Assembly (NCBI GenBank): GCA_965226495.1
Contig: OZ245365.1
Location: 1,280,001 to 1,344,000 of the forward strand
Direction: 5' to 3'
DNA length: 64,000 nucleotides
From: Candidatus Marinacidobacterales bacterium
GTDB lineage: Bacteria > Acidobacteriota > Vicinamibacteria > Marinacidobacterales > DATDRI01
Below the pieces are notes generated by a model that saw only the letters and a program-made list of their open reading frames with translations, did not search any database and was not told the DNA's origin. Below, piece by piece: positions 55,684 to 64,000 of this stretch (within the stretch, counting starts at the first letter, position 1; every line of letters starts with the position of its first letter). Made by a program: the position numbers and the translations under genes.

Positions 55684-56958
55684 ATGTATCTTTTCTATAG
55701 TCTGGTCTTAACGGTGGGAGCAATACTCAGCCTACCGTATTTCATCTATCGCGGCCTCGTCACGGGCAAATACTGGCCATCACTCAAGGAACGTCTGGGT
55801 TTTCTGCCCGCTTCCTTGAACTCCGAGCGGCAGTCTTCGATTTGGGTGCACGCGGTCTCGGTTGGCGAAGTGATCGCGACGCGCTCGCTACTCCCGTTGA
55901 TCCGCGAATCGTTTCCCGACACGCCGGTCTTCGTATCGGTGACCACGCTCACCGGAAAACAAATCGCCGACCGACAACTGCGAGAGGCCGATGGCGTGTT
56001 TTTTTGTCCCTTCGACTGGTGTTTCGCGGTGCGTCGAGTGGTTGCTCGGATTCGCCCTCGCGCGTTGATGCTCATGGAGACCGAGATTTGGCCAAACATG
56101 CTCAAGGCGTGTCACGACGCTGGGGCGGCGACGATGTTGGTCAATGGTCGGATCTCCGATCATTCGTACGGCCGCTACCGACTCATCCGGTTTTTTCTAC
56201 GCCGCTTTCTGAAGCCCGTCGACTCCTTCTGCATGCAGACCGCCCGTTACGCGGAGCGCATCATCGACCTGGGAGCCGCTCCGGAAAAGGTCCACATCAC
56301 GGGAAGCCTCAAATTCGATGCGGTCGTGCCTACCCAGGGACCGCCGTCAGACGCCGCGCAGTTGATACCTCCGGGGCGGGTCGTGTTGGTCGCCGGGAGC
56401 ACGCTCGCACCAGAAGAGGAGATTTTGCTCGACACGTTTGAGTCACTGCGTGGAGAGTATCCTCACTTGTTTTTGATCATCGCGCCTCGGCATCCGGAGC
56501 GTTTCGATGAGGTCACGAAGCTTGCAGAATCGCGTAGCCTCGATGTTGTCCGGCGTTCTTCGCTCGCTGGTCCCGATACGGACGCGAACGTCATGGTGCT
56601 CGATACGCTGGGTGAGCTGGCGTCCATCTATCGCGCGACCGATGTGGTCTTCATTGGCGGAAGCCTCGCGACATGGGGAGGCCATAACCTCATCGAACCC
56701 GCCGCGGAAGGAAAGCCGGTCGTTTTCGGCCCGCACATGAGCAACTTCCAAGAGATCGCGTCCTCTTTTCTCGGTGCGGACGCAGCGGTGCAGGTGAACG
56801 GGCGCGATGAGCTTCGAGAGGTGTTGTCGCGCTTGCTGAAAGATGAGACTTGGCGCGGTGGCTTGGGCGCGCGGGCGCGCGAGCACGTGGAGGCGAACCG
56901 AGGCGCGGGCCGAAAGACAATGGAGAGCGCTCGCCGAGCGGTCGGCGCTGCGACATGA
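55684..56958 (+). CDS. waaA: Kdo transferase
   Basis: WVHAVSVGE, ETEIWPN, NGRIS, APRHPER, GGHNLIEPA. Confidence 0.95.
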   Translation: MYLFYSLVLTVGAILSLPYFIYRGLVTGKYWPSLKERLGFLPASLNSERQSSIWVHAVSVGEVIATRSLLPLIRESFPDTPVFVSVTTLTGKQIADRQLREADGVFFCPFDWCFAVRRVVARIRPRALMLMETEIWPNMLKACHDAGAATMLVNGRISDHSYGRYRLIRFFLRRFLKPVDSFCMQTARYAERIIDLGAAPEKVHITGSLKFDAVVPTQGPPSDAAQLIPPGRVVLVAGSTLAPEEEILLDTFESLRGEYPHLFLIIAPRHPERFDEVTKLAESRSLDVVRRSSLAGPDTDANVMVLDTLGELASIYRATDVVFIGGSLATWGGHNLIEPAAEGKPVVFGPHMSNFQEIASSFLGADAAVQVNGRDELREVLSRLLKDETWRGGLGARAREHVEANRGAGRKTMESARRAVGAAT

Positions 56959-58055
56959 GCGGATCTGTTTTGGAGACGATCGCACTACCAGCCACTGTTC
57001 CGATTTCATGGGCCTATGGCGCGGTCGTGGGAGCGCGGAACTGGCTTTACGAGCACGAGGCTCTCTCGGTGAAAAAGCTTCCCGCGGCTGTGATCAGCGT
57101 CGGAAATCTGACGGTCGGCGGGAGCGGCAAGACGCCGCTGGTGGCCCATATTGCCCGCCACTTTCTTTCCCAGGGTCGCCCGGTGACGGTTCTCTCGAGG
57201 GGTTACCGGAGGGCTTCTTCAGGTGCCACCCACTTGGTGGTGTCGGACGGCCGGTCCATTCTCGCCGGGGTGGACGAGGCAGGTGATGAGCCCATGGAGC
57301 TGGCCCAGCAAGTTCCCGGACTCGCGGTTGCCGTCGGGGCCAACCGCTACGAGGTGGGGATGGAGCTCTATCGGAAACGAGGCCCGCAAATCTTCATCCT
57401 CGACGATGGATTCCAGCATCGACGTCTTGCTCGTAATCTCGACATCGTGTGCATCGATGCCGAGGAGCCGGTGGAGACTCTTCGTATGCTTCCGGCGGGA
57501 AGGCTGCGCGAGCCGCTCGCCAATCTGGAGAGAGCTGGAGCGTTGGTGTGGACGCGTTGGCGAGAGGGGAGCCCTTCCAAATCCTTGGAGTCGCGGGTCC
57601 TGCGATCCCTTAGCTACGACCGGCCCATCTTTCGGTCGATCAACAGCGTCTCGGCGCTGCATCCACTCGGGAATCCAAAGAAGACGCTCCCGCCCGATAG
57701 TCTTCGCGGTCAGGACGTGGGTGTCTTGGCTGCCATCGCCCGGCCCGAGCGGCTTCGGCAGGATGTCGAGGCGTGCGGGGCTCGTGTGGTGTGGTCGTGC
57801 TCCAAGAGGGATCACCACGCGTGGCAGCCTGACGAGGTCAGGCAGCTTCTCCGAGCCGCGCAATCCAGCGGAGCCAAGGCGGTGGTGACGACCGGAAAGG
57901 ACGCCGTGAAAATGTCTTTGGTCGGAGATGTGGCGGTGCCCCTCTACCAGGCGACATTGGAGACGCGGATCCTCGAGTCGGAAGCCTTTGAAGTTCTGCT
58001 AGATACGATGCCGGGGTTCGAAGGCCCCCACTCCCTCAACGACGACACCGCGTAA
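56955..58055 (+). CDS. lpxK: Tetraacyldisaccharide 4'-kinase
   Basis: VISVGNLTVGGSGKTP, SRGY, GDEP, LDDGFQH, GRLRE; ATGA overlap with waaA. Confidence 0.94.
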   Translation: MSGSVLETIALPATVPISWAYGAVVGARNWLYEHEALSVKKLPAAVISVGNLTVGGSGKTPLVAHIARHFLSQGRPVTVLSRGYRRASSGATHLVVSDGRSILAGVDEAGDEPMELAQQVPGLAVAVGANRYEVGMELYRKRGPQIFILDDGFQHRRLARNLDIVCIDAEEPVETLRMLPAGRLREPLANLERAGALVWTRWREGSPSKSLESRVLRSLSYDRPIFRSINSVSALHPLGNPKKTLPPDSLRGQDVGVLAAIARPERLRQDVEACGARVVWSCSKRDHHAWQPDEVRQLLRAAQSSGAKAVVTTGKDAVKMSLVGDVAVPLYQATLETRILESEAFEVLLDTMPGFEGPHSLNDDTA

Positions 58056-58189
58056 AGGCGTGTCCTTCATAAAGTTATGCTTTCACGCCTAGCTTTCTCG
58101 TTGTAAAATCAAGGCGCCCCTACCGGGCCCTGCAGGTTGGACTCGGGCCCGGGCCCTTCCGACGAAGGAGCCTGGGGATAAACCTATAG

Positions 58190-59143
58190 ATGACAACGTT
58201 TCGGCACCACGTGGAGTACCTGACCGTGCTTGCTTTAGGCTATGCGATGCGGCCGCTTCCTCGCCGGTCCCGCTTGGCGCTCGGAAGGACGCTCGGCAGC
58301 ATTGTTTTCTCCGTCGACAAGAAGCACCAAGCGGTCACCATCAAGAACTTGAATACCGCGTTCGATTCGACGAAGTCCGCGGAGGAAAAATACGCGATCG
58401 CGCGCGGAACCTTCCGTCACTTCGGTGCCATGCTCTTCGAGCTCCTCGCCCTAGGAAAACCGTCCCGGCGCAAGATCGAGAAAATCGTCGAGTTCGAAGG
58501 GCTCGAGAACTACGAACGTGCTCGTGCGGCAGGCAGGGGAGTCCTTCTCGTGGCGGCGCACTTCGGGAATTGGGAGATTCACGCCATCGCGCACGCCTAC
58601 CGCCTGGGGCCGATAGCGGTGGTGGCGCGGCTACAAGACAATCCTCATTACAACCGATGGCTCGAGGACATCCGAACCGTTTCCTCGAATACCGTGCTTT
58701 ACAAGCAGAGGGCGTTGGCCCGAATGCTCCGCATGCTGAGAGACGGTGAGACCGTCGCGGTGCTCGTCGATCAGAACGTTTCCACAGAAGACGCCATCTT
58801 TGTCGACTTCTTCGGCCGGCAGGCGGCGACGACGCCCGTAGTTGCCTGGCTCGCGGCCAAGACCGGAGCGGCCTTGGTGCCGGTTTTCACGTTGCCGCTA
58901 ACGGACGGGCGGTACCGGTTGATCTACGAAACGCCGATCGATCCCAGCCCCTATGTTTCCTACCGGGGGTCCGAGCGCCGTCGAGTCATACAAGATCTGA
59001 CGCAGCAGTGCGTGGGAGTTCTCGAAGGTTACGTGCGTCGGAACCCTGAGTACTGGCTTTGGATGCACCGGCGTTGGAAGACCAGGCCACCGGAAGAGCG
59101 AGAGGCGAGAGACGCGCAGATTCGAGAAGGGGCAGCGAGTTGA
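58190..59143 (+). CDS. Lipid A late acyltransferase (LpxL/HtrB family)
   Basis: HFGNWE, LVDQ, FVDFFG, PEYWLWMHRRWK. Confidence 0.92.
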   Translation: MTTFRHHVEYLTVLALGYAMRPLPRRSRLALGRTLGSIVFSVDKKHQAVTIKNLNTAFDSTKSAEEKYAIARGTFRHFGAMLFELLALGKPSRRKIEKIVEFEGLENYERARAAGRGVLLVAAHFGNWEIHAIAHAYRLGPIAVVARLQDNPHYNRWLEDIRTVSSNTVLYKQRALARMLRMLRDGETVAVLVDQNVSTEDAIFVDFFGRQAATTPVVAWLAAKTGAALVPVFTLPLTDGRYRLIYETPIDPSPYVSYRGSERRRVIQDLTQQCVGVLEGYVRRNPEYWLWMHRRWKTRPPEEREARDAQIREGAAS

Positions 59144-60201
59144 AACGCTCCATCCTCGTCTACGCACCAAGCTGGATCGGAGACGCCGTGATGTCGCTAG
59201 GCGCTTTGCGGAGCTTGAGACGTGCCTATCCCGATTCACGTCTCGCCGTGCTCGCGAAGCCATGGGTCAAAGAGCTCTACGCGTGTTGTGAGGCGGTGGA
59301 TGAAACGCTGCAGTACGATCCTGGAAAGTCGCGCGGCGTCCGTGGTTTGCTCCGAACCGCCGGCATGCTTCGCGAAGCCAAGTTCGATTTGGCGGTGCTG
59401 TTTCCGAATGCATTTCGCGCCGCGGCGATCGTTTGGGCGGCCAGGATCCCCGAGCGTTGGGGATACGCGCACGATGGTCGGGGGCTTCTGCTGACAAAAC
59501 CCGTCCCTCCGCCAGCAAGGCCCTTCGGGCGTCACCAGGCTTATTACTATTTGGATTTGCTGCGTCATCTAGGCGTCGAGACCGGCCAGCCTGATACGCA
59601 CTTGAATCTGACCGAGCCCATGCGAGCCAAGGCCCTTGAGCTCTTAGGGAACTCAAACGGCCATGATGATGATGGGCGGGCGTTGGTTGGGATCCACCCC
59701 GGTGCCACCAATAGTCGAGCGAAGCGATGGATGCCCGAGCGTTACGCCGAGGTTGGAGACCGTTTGGCGGCTTCCCACAACGCTCGCATCGTTCTGCTCG
59801 GCGGACCGAGCGAGCAAGGTATCGCTGAAGAGATTCGATCTCATCTGAAAACGCCGTCCGTCAACCTCGCAGGAAAGACTTCGTTGGGTGAGCTCATGGG
59901 ACTCGTGGGCTCACTTTCCATTCTGCTCAGCAACGACTCGGGGCCGATGCACGTGGCGTCCGCCCTCGGTGTACCCACGATCGCGGTTTTTGGTCCGACC
60001 GATGAACGCGAAACCGGCCCACTGAGTCCGAAAGCACGCGTCGTGAGACACCACGTGGAGTGTAGCCCCTGCCTGCTCAAAGAGTGTCCCATCGACCACC
60101 GGTGCATGGACCGCGTTACGGTCGAAGACGTCTACGGCGCGTCGGTGGAACTTCTCGAAGGAACCGGCTCTCGAGAGAGAGCGCGAATGACTTCGCCCTA
60201 A
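59140..60201 (+). CDS. waaF: LPS heptosyltransferase II
   Basis: PSWIGDAVM, HPGA..AKRW, NLAGKT, NDSGPMHVA, FGPT. Confidence 0.9.
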   Translation: MKRSILVYAPSWIGDAVMSLGALRSLRRAYPDSRLAVLAKPWVKELYACCEAVDETLQYDPGKSRGVRGLLRTAGMLREAKFDLAVLFPNAFRAAAIVWAARIPERWGYAHDGRGLLLTKPVPPPARPFGRHQAYYYLDLLRHLGVETGQPDTHLNLTEPMRAKALELLGNSNGHDDDGRALVGIHPGATNSRAKRWMPERYAEVGDRLAASHNARIVLLGGPSEQGIAEEIRSHLKTPSVNLAGKTSLGELMGLVGSLSILLSNDSGPMHVASALGVPTIAVFGPTDERETGPLSPKARVVRHHVECSPCLLKECPIDHRCMDRVTVEDVYGASVELLEGTGSRERARMTSP

Positions 60202-60203
60202 GT

Positions 60204-60356
60204 ACTAGTGGACTGTAACAATGAAATCGATACTGGACATCATCGCCGTTATCCACGAGCCCCCTCACCCGCCCGCCTTCGGCGAACGACCTCTCCCCCG
60301 CGGTCGGGGGAGAGGTAAAAGAGGTGGTACCAACTTCGTTGGTACAGCCTACTAGT
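60204..60356. mobile_element. MITE-like element with CTAG ends, inserted in the LPS operon
   Basis: Left end ACTAGTGGACTGTAACAATGAAAT vs reverse complement of the right end ACTAGTAGGCTGTACCAACGAAGT (19/24 match); internal 12-bp perfect hairpin at 60289-60316. Confidence 0.6.
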
Positions 60357-60364
60357 GACCATAA

Positions 60365-60937
60365 ATGACTAAACAGCCCGGCAAGCCCGCGATTTTTTTG
60401 GATCGCGACGGTACCCTCAATGAGCCGGTGGGATTCGTTAATCACGCAAGCCTGTTTCGTTTGTTCCCCTGGACGGTGGACGCAATTCGGTTGATCAACC
60501 GTGAGGGGTATCTGGCGATCGTAGTAACGAACCAGTCGGGAGTTGCGCGCGGGCTCTACACGGAAGAATTAGTGGATGAAGTTCACGGACGATTCGAGAA
60601 AACCCTGGCCGACGCCGGGGTACATCTCGACGGCATCTACTATTGCCCCCATGGACCTACGCAAAACGAGTGCGACTGCCGCAAGCCCAAACCGGGCATG
60701 CTGCATCGAGCACAAGCCGATCTCGACATCGATCTCACCCGTTCAGTCGTGATCGGCGACGCCTACTCCGATTTGGAATTGGGCTGGAGCGTTGGAGCAC
60801 GCTCAGCCTTGGTTCTCACCGGTTTCGGCCAGGGGAACTACGAGCATCAGCGAAGCGGCTGGGCACGCCAACCCGATTGGGTAGCGCCGAATCTCTTCTC
60901 GGTGCTGATGGACATTTTCTCGGAGGCGAACGCGTGA
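60365..60937 (+). CDS. gmhB: D-glycero-D-manno-heptose-1,7-bisphosphate phosphatase
   Basis: FLDRDGT, VTNQSG, YCPH..CDCRKP, IGD. Confidence 0.93.
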   Translation: MTKQPGKPAIFLDRDGTLNEPVGFVNHASLFRLFPWTVDAIRLINREGYLAIVVTNQSGVARGLYTEELVDEVHGRFEKTLADAGVHLDGIYYCPHGPTQNECDCRKPKPGMLHRAQADLDIDLTRSVVIGDAYSDLELGWSVGARSALVLTGFGQGNYEHQRSGWARQPDWVAPNLFSVLMDIFSEANA

Positions 60938-61953
60938 AGAACGAACCAAAACGTGGGCGGCTCCTCGAGCTCGTCAATCAATTTGGTCGGGTCAAAGTGT
61001 TGGCGGTCGTCGATCTGGTTGCCGATGAGTACGTCTACGGTCGTATCTCCCGCGTCAGCCGTGAAGCCCCCGTTCTTATCTTGAACCACGATCGCACGCA
61101 GGTGGTTCCGGGGGGCGGCGCGAATGCTGTCGCCAACATCGCTTCTCTAGGCGGGCGACCCATGACGGTGGGGCTGGTGGGAAAGGACGGTCCCGGGAAA
61201 GAGCTGCTAGCCGGTTTCCGCCGCTCTCGTATCAACACTTCGGCGATCTTGAGCCGGCCTCGCTACGAGACACCGACCAAGACGCGCATCCTCGCCGGAG
61301 GCGTTCATTCGACCAAGCAGCAAGTTGTGCGGATCGATCGAGACAGTCACGTGAACTCCGCCGGTGGTTTCCGTCGCGAGCTTCAGCGCTCCATCACAGA
61401 GCTCCTTCCGAGGGCGGACGTCGTGATGGTCTCCGACTATGGATACGGGCTCGTCACGCCGGAGATGGCTCGCTCGCTCGCGACCCGGGCGAGCTCGCTT
61501 CGCAAGTTCGCAATTCTCGACTCCCGTTACAATATTCTCGACTACCCTGGCTTTGCTGCCGCGACGCCCAACGAACCGGAAGTAGAGGCGGCCCTCGGCC
61601 TGAACATCGGAGACGATGCAGAAGCCCTCGAGCAGTCGGGCCGCCAGATGCTTCGGCGCCTTCGTGGCCAGGCGATCTTGATGACGCGGGGCAGCCAAGG
61701 CATGATGCTCTTCGAGCCCCGCCGGCAGACGAAACACATTTCGGTCTTCGGCACCGACGAGGTCGCGGACGTGACCGGTGCAGGCGACACCGTCATCAGC
61801 ACCTTCACCTTGGCGCTTGGGGCGGGTGCCACTTTCCATGAAGCCGCACTACTCGCTAACTATGCCGGTGGCATCGTCGTCATGAAGAGAGGGACCGCGA
61901 CGGTCTCTCAGGATGAGCTGGCAGCAGCCGTGGACACGTACAAGAAGGACTGA
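60934..61953 (+). CDS. Heptose-7-phosphate kinase (RfaE domain I / HldA)
   Basis: ISRVSREAPV, PGGGANA, SDYGYG, TPNEPE, DVTGAGDT; GTGA overlap with gmhB. Confidence 0.9.
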   Translation: MKNEPKRGRLLELVNQFGRVKVLAVVDLVADEYVYGRISRVSREAPVLILNHDRTQVVPGGGANAVANIASLGGRPMTVGLVGKDGPGKELLAGFRRSRINTSAILSRPRYETPTKTRILAGGVHSTKQQVVRIDRDSHVNSAGGFRRELQRSITELLPRADVVMVSDYGYGLVTPEMARSLATRASSLRKFAILDSRYNILDYPGFAAATPNEPEVEAALGLNIGDDAEALEQSGRQMLRRLRGQAILMTRGSQGMMLFEPRRQTKHISVFGTDEVADVTGAGDTVISTFTLALGAGATFHEAALLANYAGGIVVMKRGTATVSQDELAAAVDTYKKD

Positions 61954-61954
61954 T

Positions 61955-62437
61955 TTGGGTCGGCGAGTCGATCTCGAGACGGCCAGTCGTCTCGCAGCGG
62001 AAGCCCGTAATGCGGGACAGCGGGTCGTTCTTGCCAACGGCTGCTTCGACCTCATCCACGTCGGTCACGTACGTTACCTCCAAGGTGCCAAGGCCGAAGG
62101 CGATCTGCTCATCGTCGCGGTGAACGGCGATCGTTCCGTGGCAACGCTCAAAGGCCCCGGGCGTCCCTTTCTCAACGCCGATGCTCGCGCCGAGCTCCTC
62201 GCCGCGATGGAGGCGGTAGACTTGGTGGTGATCTTCGAAGAGGAGACGGTGGCCTCCCTCATCGATACTTTCCGGCCGGACGTCCATTGCAAGGGCACTG
62301 ACTACACGGAGGGGAGTGTTCCCGAGCGCGAGGAGATGAAGCGGATCGGAGGTAGCACCAAGATCGTAGGTGATCCGAAAGATCATTCGACGCGGGATCT
62401 CACTGCGCTTTTGAGAGAACGGTTCTCGAAATCGTGA
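61955..62437 (+). CDS. Heptose-1-phosphate adenylyltransferase (RfaE domain II / HldC)
   Basis: ANGCFDLIHVGH, KGPGRP, KGTDY, HST; TTG 61955 preferred as start (ORF is open to 61913). Confidence 0.9.
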   Translation: MGRRVDLETASRLAAEARNAGQRVVLANGCFDLIHVGHVRYLQGAKAEGDLLIVAVNGDRSVATLKGPGRPFLNADARAELLAAMEAVDLVVIFEEETVASLIDTFRPDVHCKGTDYTEGSVPEREEMKRIGGSTKIVGDPKDHSTRDLTALLRERFSKS

Positions 62438-63510
62438 ACTTTCTCATTGTTCGGCTCGGCTCGATCGGAGACATCGTTCACACGCTTCCCGCGCTGGCCG
62501 CGCTCCGTCAGGCGTTCCCCGAGGCCCACATCGACTGGCTCGTAGAGTCGCGCTCGAAGGAGATCCTGATAGGAAATCCCTGCATCGACGGCTTGCTGGA
62601 AGTCGACACACTGGCTTGGAGAAGGCGACTGTACTCTCCTGCGACCTGGGGCCAAATCGGAGAACGCCTCCGTGCATTGCGGGCGCGGCGCTACGATGCC
62701 GTCTTCGACTTCCAAGGACTGCTGAAGTCCGGGGTCTTGAGCCGGCTTGCTCGAAGTCCGAAACGCATTGGTTTTGCTCGCGAACATCTCCGGGAATCGG
62801 GGGCAAGCGTCTTCACCAATCAGCGCCTTTCGCCTCCGGAGGACGTGCGGCACGTTATCGACAGGAATCTCTATCTACTTCGCGCCGTTGGGATCGAGAC
62901 ATCGGAGCGCGTTTTTCCCATCGCGGTGCCAGAAGACGTTCGCCGCCGCGCCGAGGAAGGACTGGCTTCTTACGGCATTTCCGACTACGTGGCCCTCAAT
63001 CCCGGTGGAGGTTGGCCGACAAAGCGGTGGAGTCCGGAGAGGTACGGGAAACTGGCGGAGGAAATCCAACGCGAATGGAATCTTCCTAGTCTCGTGCTAT
63101 GGGGTCCTGGTGAAGAGGATTTGGCGGAGCGGATCGTCGCGTCCTCTTCAGGCTCGGCGCGGCGGGCTCCTGCAACTAGGCTCAAAGAAATGATCCCCTA
63201 TCTCGAGGGCGCGCGCTTTTTCGTGGGTGGCGATACGGGGCCGCTTCACATCGCGTGCGCGCTTGGAGTTTCGGTCGTGGGAGTTTTCGGCCCGACCGAC
63301 CCGGCGCGAAACGGTCCGTTTGGGGAAGGGGATAGGGTGGTTTGGAAATCGGTACCTTGTAGTCCTTGCTACAAGAGGCGCTGCCCAGGGTTCGACACCG
63401 TATGTCTACGCTCGATGTCGGTCCCCGAGGTGATGGACGCCGTCCGGCTTCAACTGAACGGGCCTGAACCGGACGTAGCGAGCAAAAAAAAAGAGCTACC
63501 TCGCGGGTAG
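62434..63510 (+). CDS. waaC: LPS heptosyltransferase I (GT9)
   Basis: VRLGSIGDIVHTLP, DFQGLLKS, GGDTGPLH, FGPT. Confidence 0.88.
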   Translation: MNFLIVRLGSIGDIVHTLPALAALRQAFPEAHIDWLVESRSKEILIGNPCIDGLLEVDTLAWRRRLYSPATWGQIGERLRALRARRYDAVFDFQGLLKSGVLSRLARSPKRIGFAREHLRESGASVFTNQRLSPPEDVRHVIDRNLYLLRAVGIETSERVFPIAVPEDVRRRAEEGLASYGISDYVALNPGGGWPTKRWSPERYGKLAEEIQREWNLPSLVLWGPGEEDLAERIVASSSGSARRAPATRLKEMIPYLEGARFFVGGDTGPLHIACALGVSVVGVFGPTDPARNGPFGEGDRVVWKSVPCSPCYKRRCPGFDTVCLRSMSVPEVMDAVRLQLNGPEPDVASKKKELPRG

Positions 63511-63515
63511 CTCTT
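63484..63515 (-). terminator. Intrinsic terminator of hsp20, overlapping the waaC 3' end
   Basis: AAGAGCTACC / GGTAGCTCTT stem, with an A run on plus (T run on minus). Confidence 0.75.
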
Positions 63516-63537
63516 CTCGAAAAACGCTCGGTAGGCT

Positions 63538-63972
63538 TTACGCAGCTTCGATAGTGATCTGTCGCGGCTTGGCCTCTTCGGCCTTGGGTAGAGTGAGGGT
63601 CAAGACGCCGTCCTTGTAGCTGGCGTTGATCTTGTCCGCCGCCACACTGCTTGGCAACGTGAAGGACCGGTTGAACGAGCCATAGACCCTTTCGGACCTG
63701 AAGACGCCCTTATCGTTCTTACCGTTGACTTCCTTCTCGCGCTTTCTCTCGCCGCTTACGGTCAGAAGGTTGTCCTCGACGTTGATGTCGATCTCTTCCT
63801 TCTCGAGCCCAGGGAGTTCAGCCTTCAGCACGATCTCGCCTTCGTTGTCGAAAATGTCGACTGGCGGAGACCAGATGCCGGAGAAATCCTCACTGCGATC
63901 GAAACTTCGCTCGAACGTCCGCGCCAAAGGACCAAAGTTACTCCAGGGATTCCATCGAACTAGTGTAGTCAT
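63538..63972 (-). CDS. Hsp20/alpha-crystallin small heat-shock protein
   Basis: WSPPVDI, AELPG, ERVYGSFNRSFTLP, ASYKDGVLTLTLPK; GAGGAGG RBS. Confidence 0.95.
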   Translation of the reverse strand: MTTLVRWNPWSNFGPLARTFERSFDRSEDFSGIWSPPVDIFDNEGEIVLKAELPGLEKEEIDINVEDNLLTVSGERKREKEVNGKNDKGVFRSERVYGSFNRSFTLPSSVAADKINASYKDGVLTLTLPKAEEAKPRQITIEAA

Positions 63973-64000
63973 TGTCTATCCTCCTCAAGAATCTGGGGAT

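Noticed and set aside
60934-62437. Split HldE (kinase and adenylyltransferase as separate genes)
   Set aside because: This is a well-known arrangement in many bacteria, not a frameshift or a novelty.

Overview
A GC-rich (about 60% by eye) chromosomal window from a Gram-negative bacterium. The VWA proteins, PD40 Ser/Thr kinase, DUF1570/TPR and VPS10 proteins suggest Acidobacteriota; this is inference. There are about 50 CDSs and no rRNA, tRNA or CRISPR array. In order: (1) a peptide ABC transporter and amide-hydrolase catabolic genes (1-6 kb); (2) a signalling and uptake locus (6-19 kb) with a GAF sigma54 activator, a TonB-dependent receptor divergent from a Ser/Thr kinase-TonB fusion, a secreted EEP phosphoesterase, a beta-propeller lipoprotein and a TatT-type TRAP transporter; (3) envelope and housekeeping genes (19-28 kb); (4) a cluster with two hydantoinase/oxoprolinase pairs, M14 and M20 hydrolases and two transporters (28-42 kb); (5) a decayed region with two orphan antitoxins, an IS1182 element and several gene remnants (42-52.5 kb); (6) gap, an LPS Kdo/lipid A/heptose operon and hsp20. 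The main finding is a sigma54 regulon that can be read from the DNA. Four near-consensus -24/-12 promoters each have a tandem TTCG-N5-CGAA palindrome pair 55-56 bp from the GG. They surround the receptor and kinase-TonB genes, which suggests an undescribed cell-surface signalling route: outer-membrane receptor, then TonB-kinase, then sigma54 activator. All protein assignments come from motif recognition; no database searches were run.
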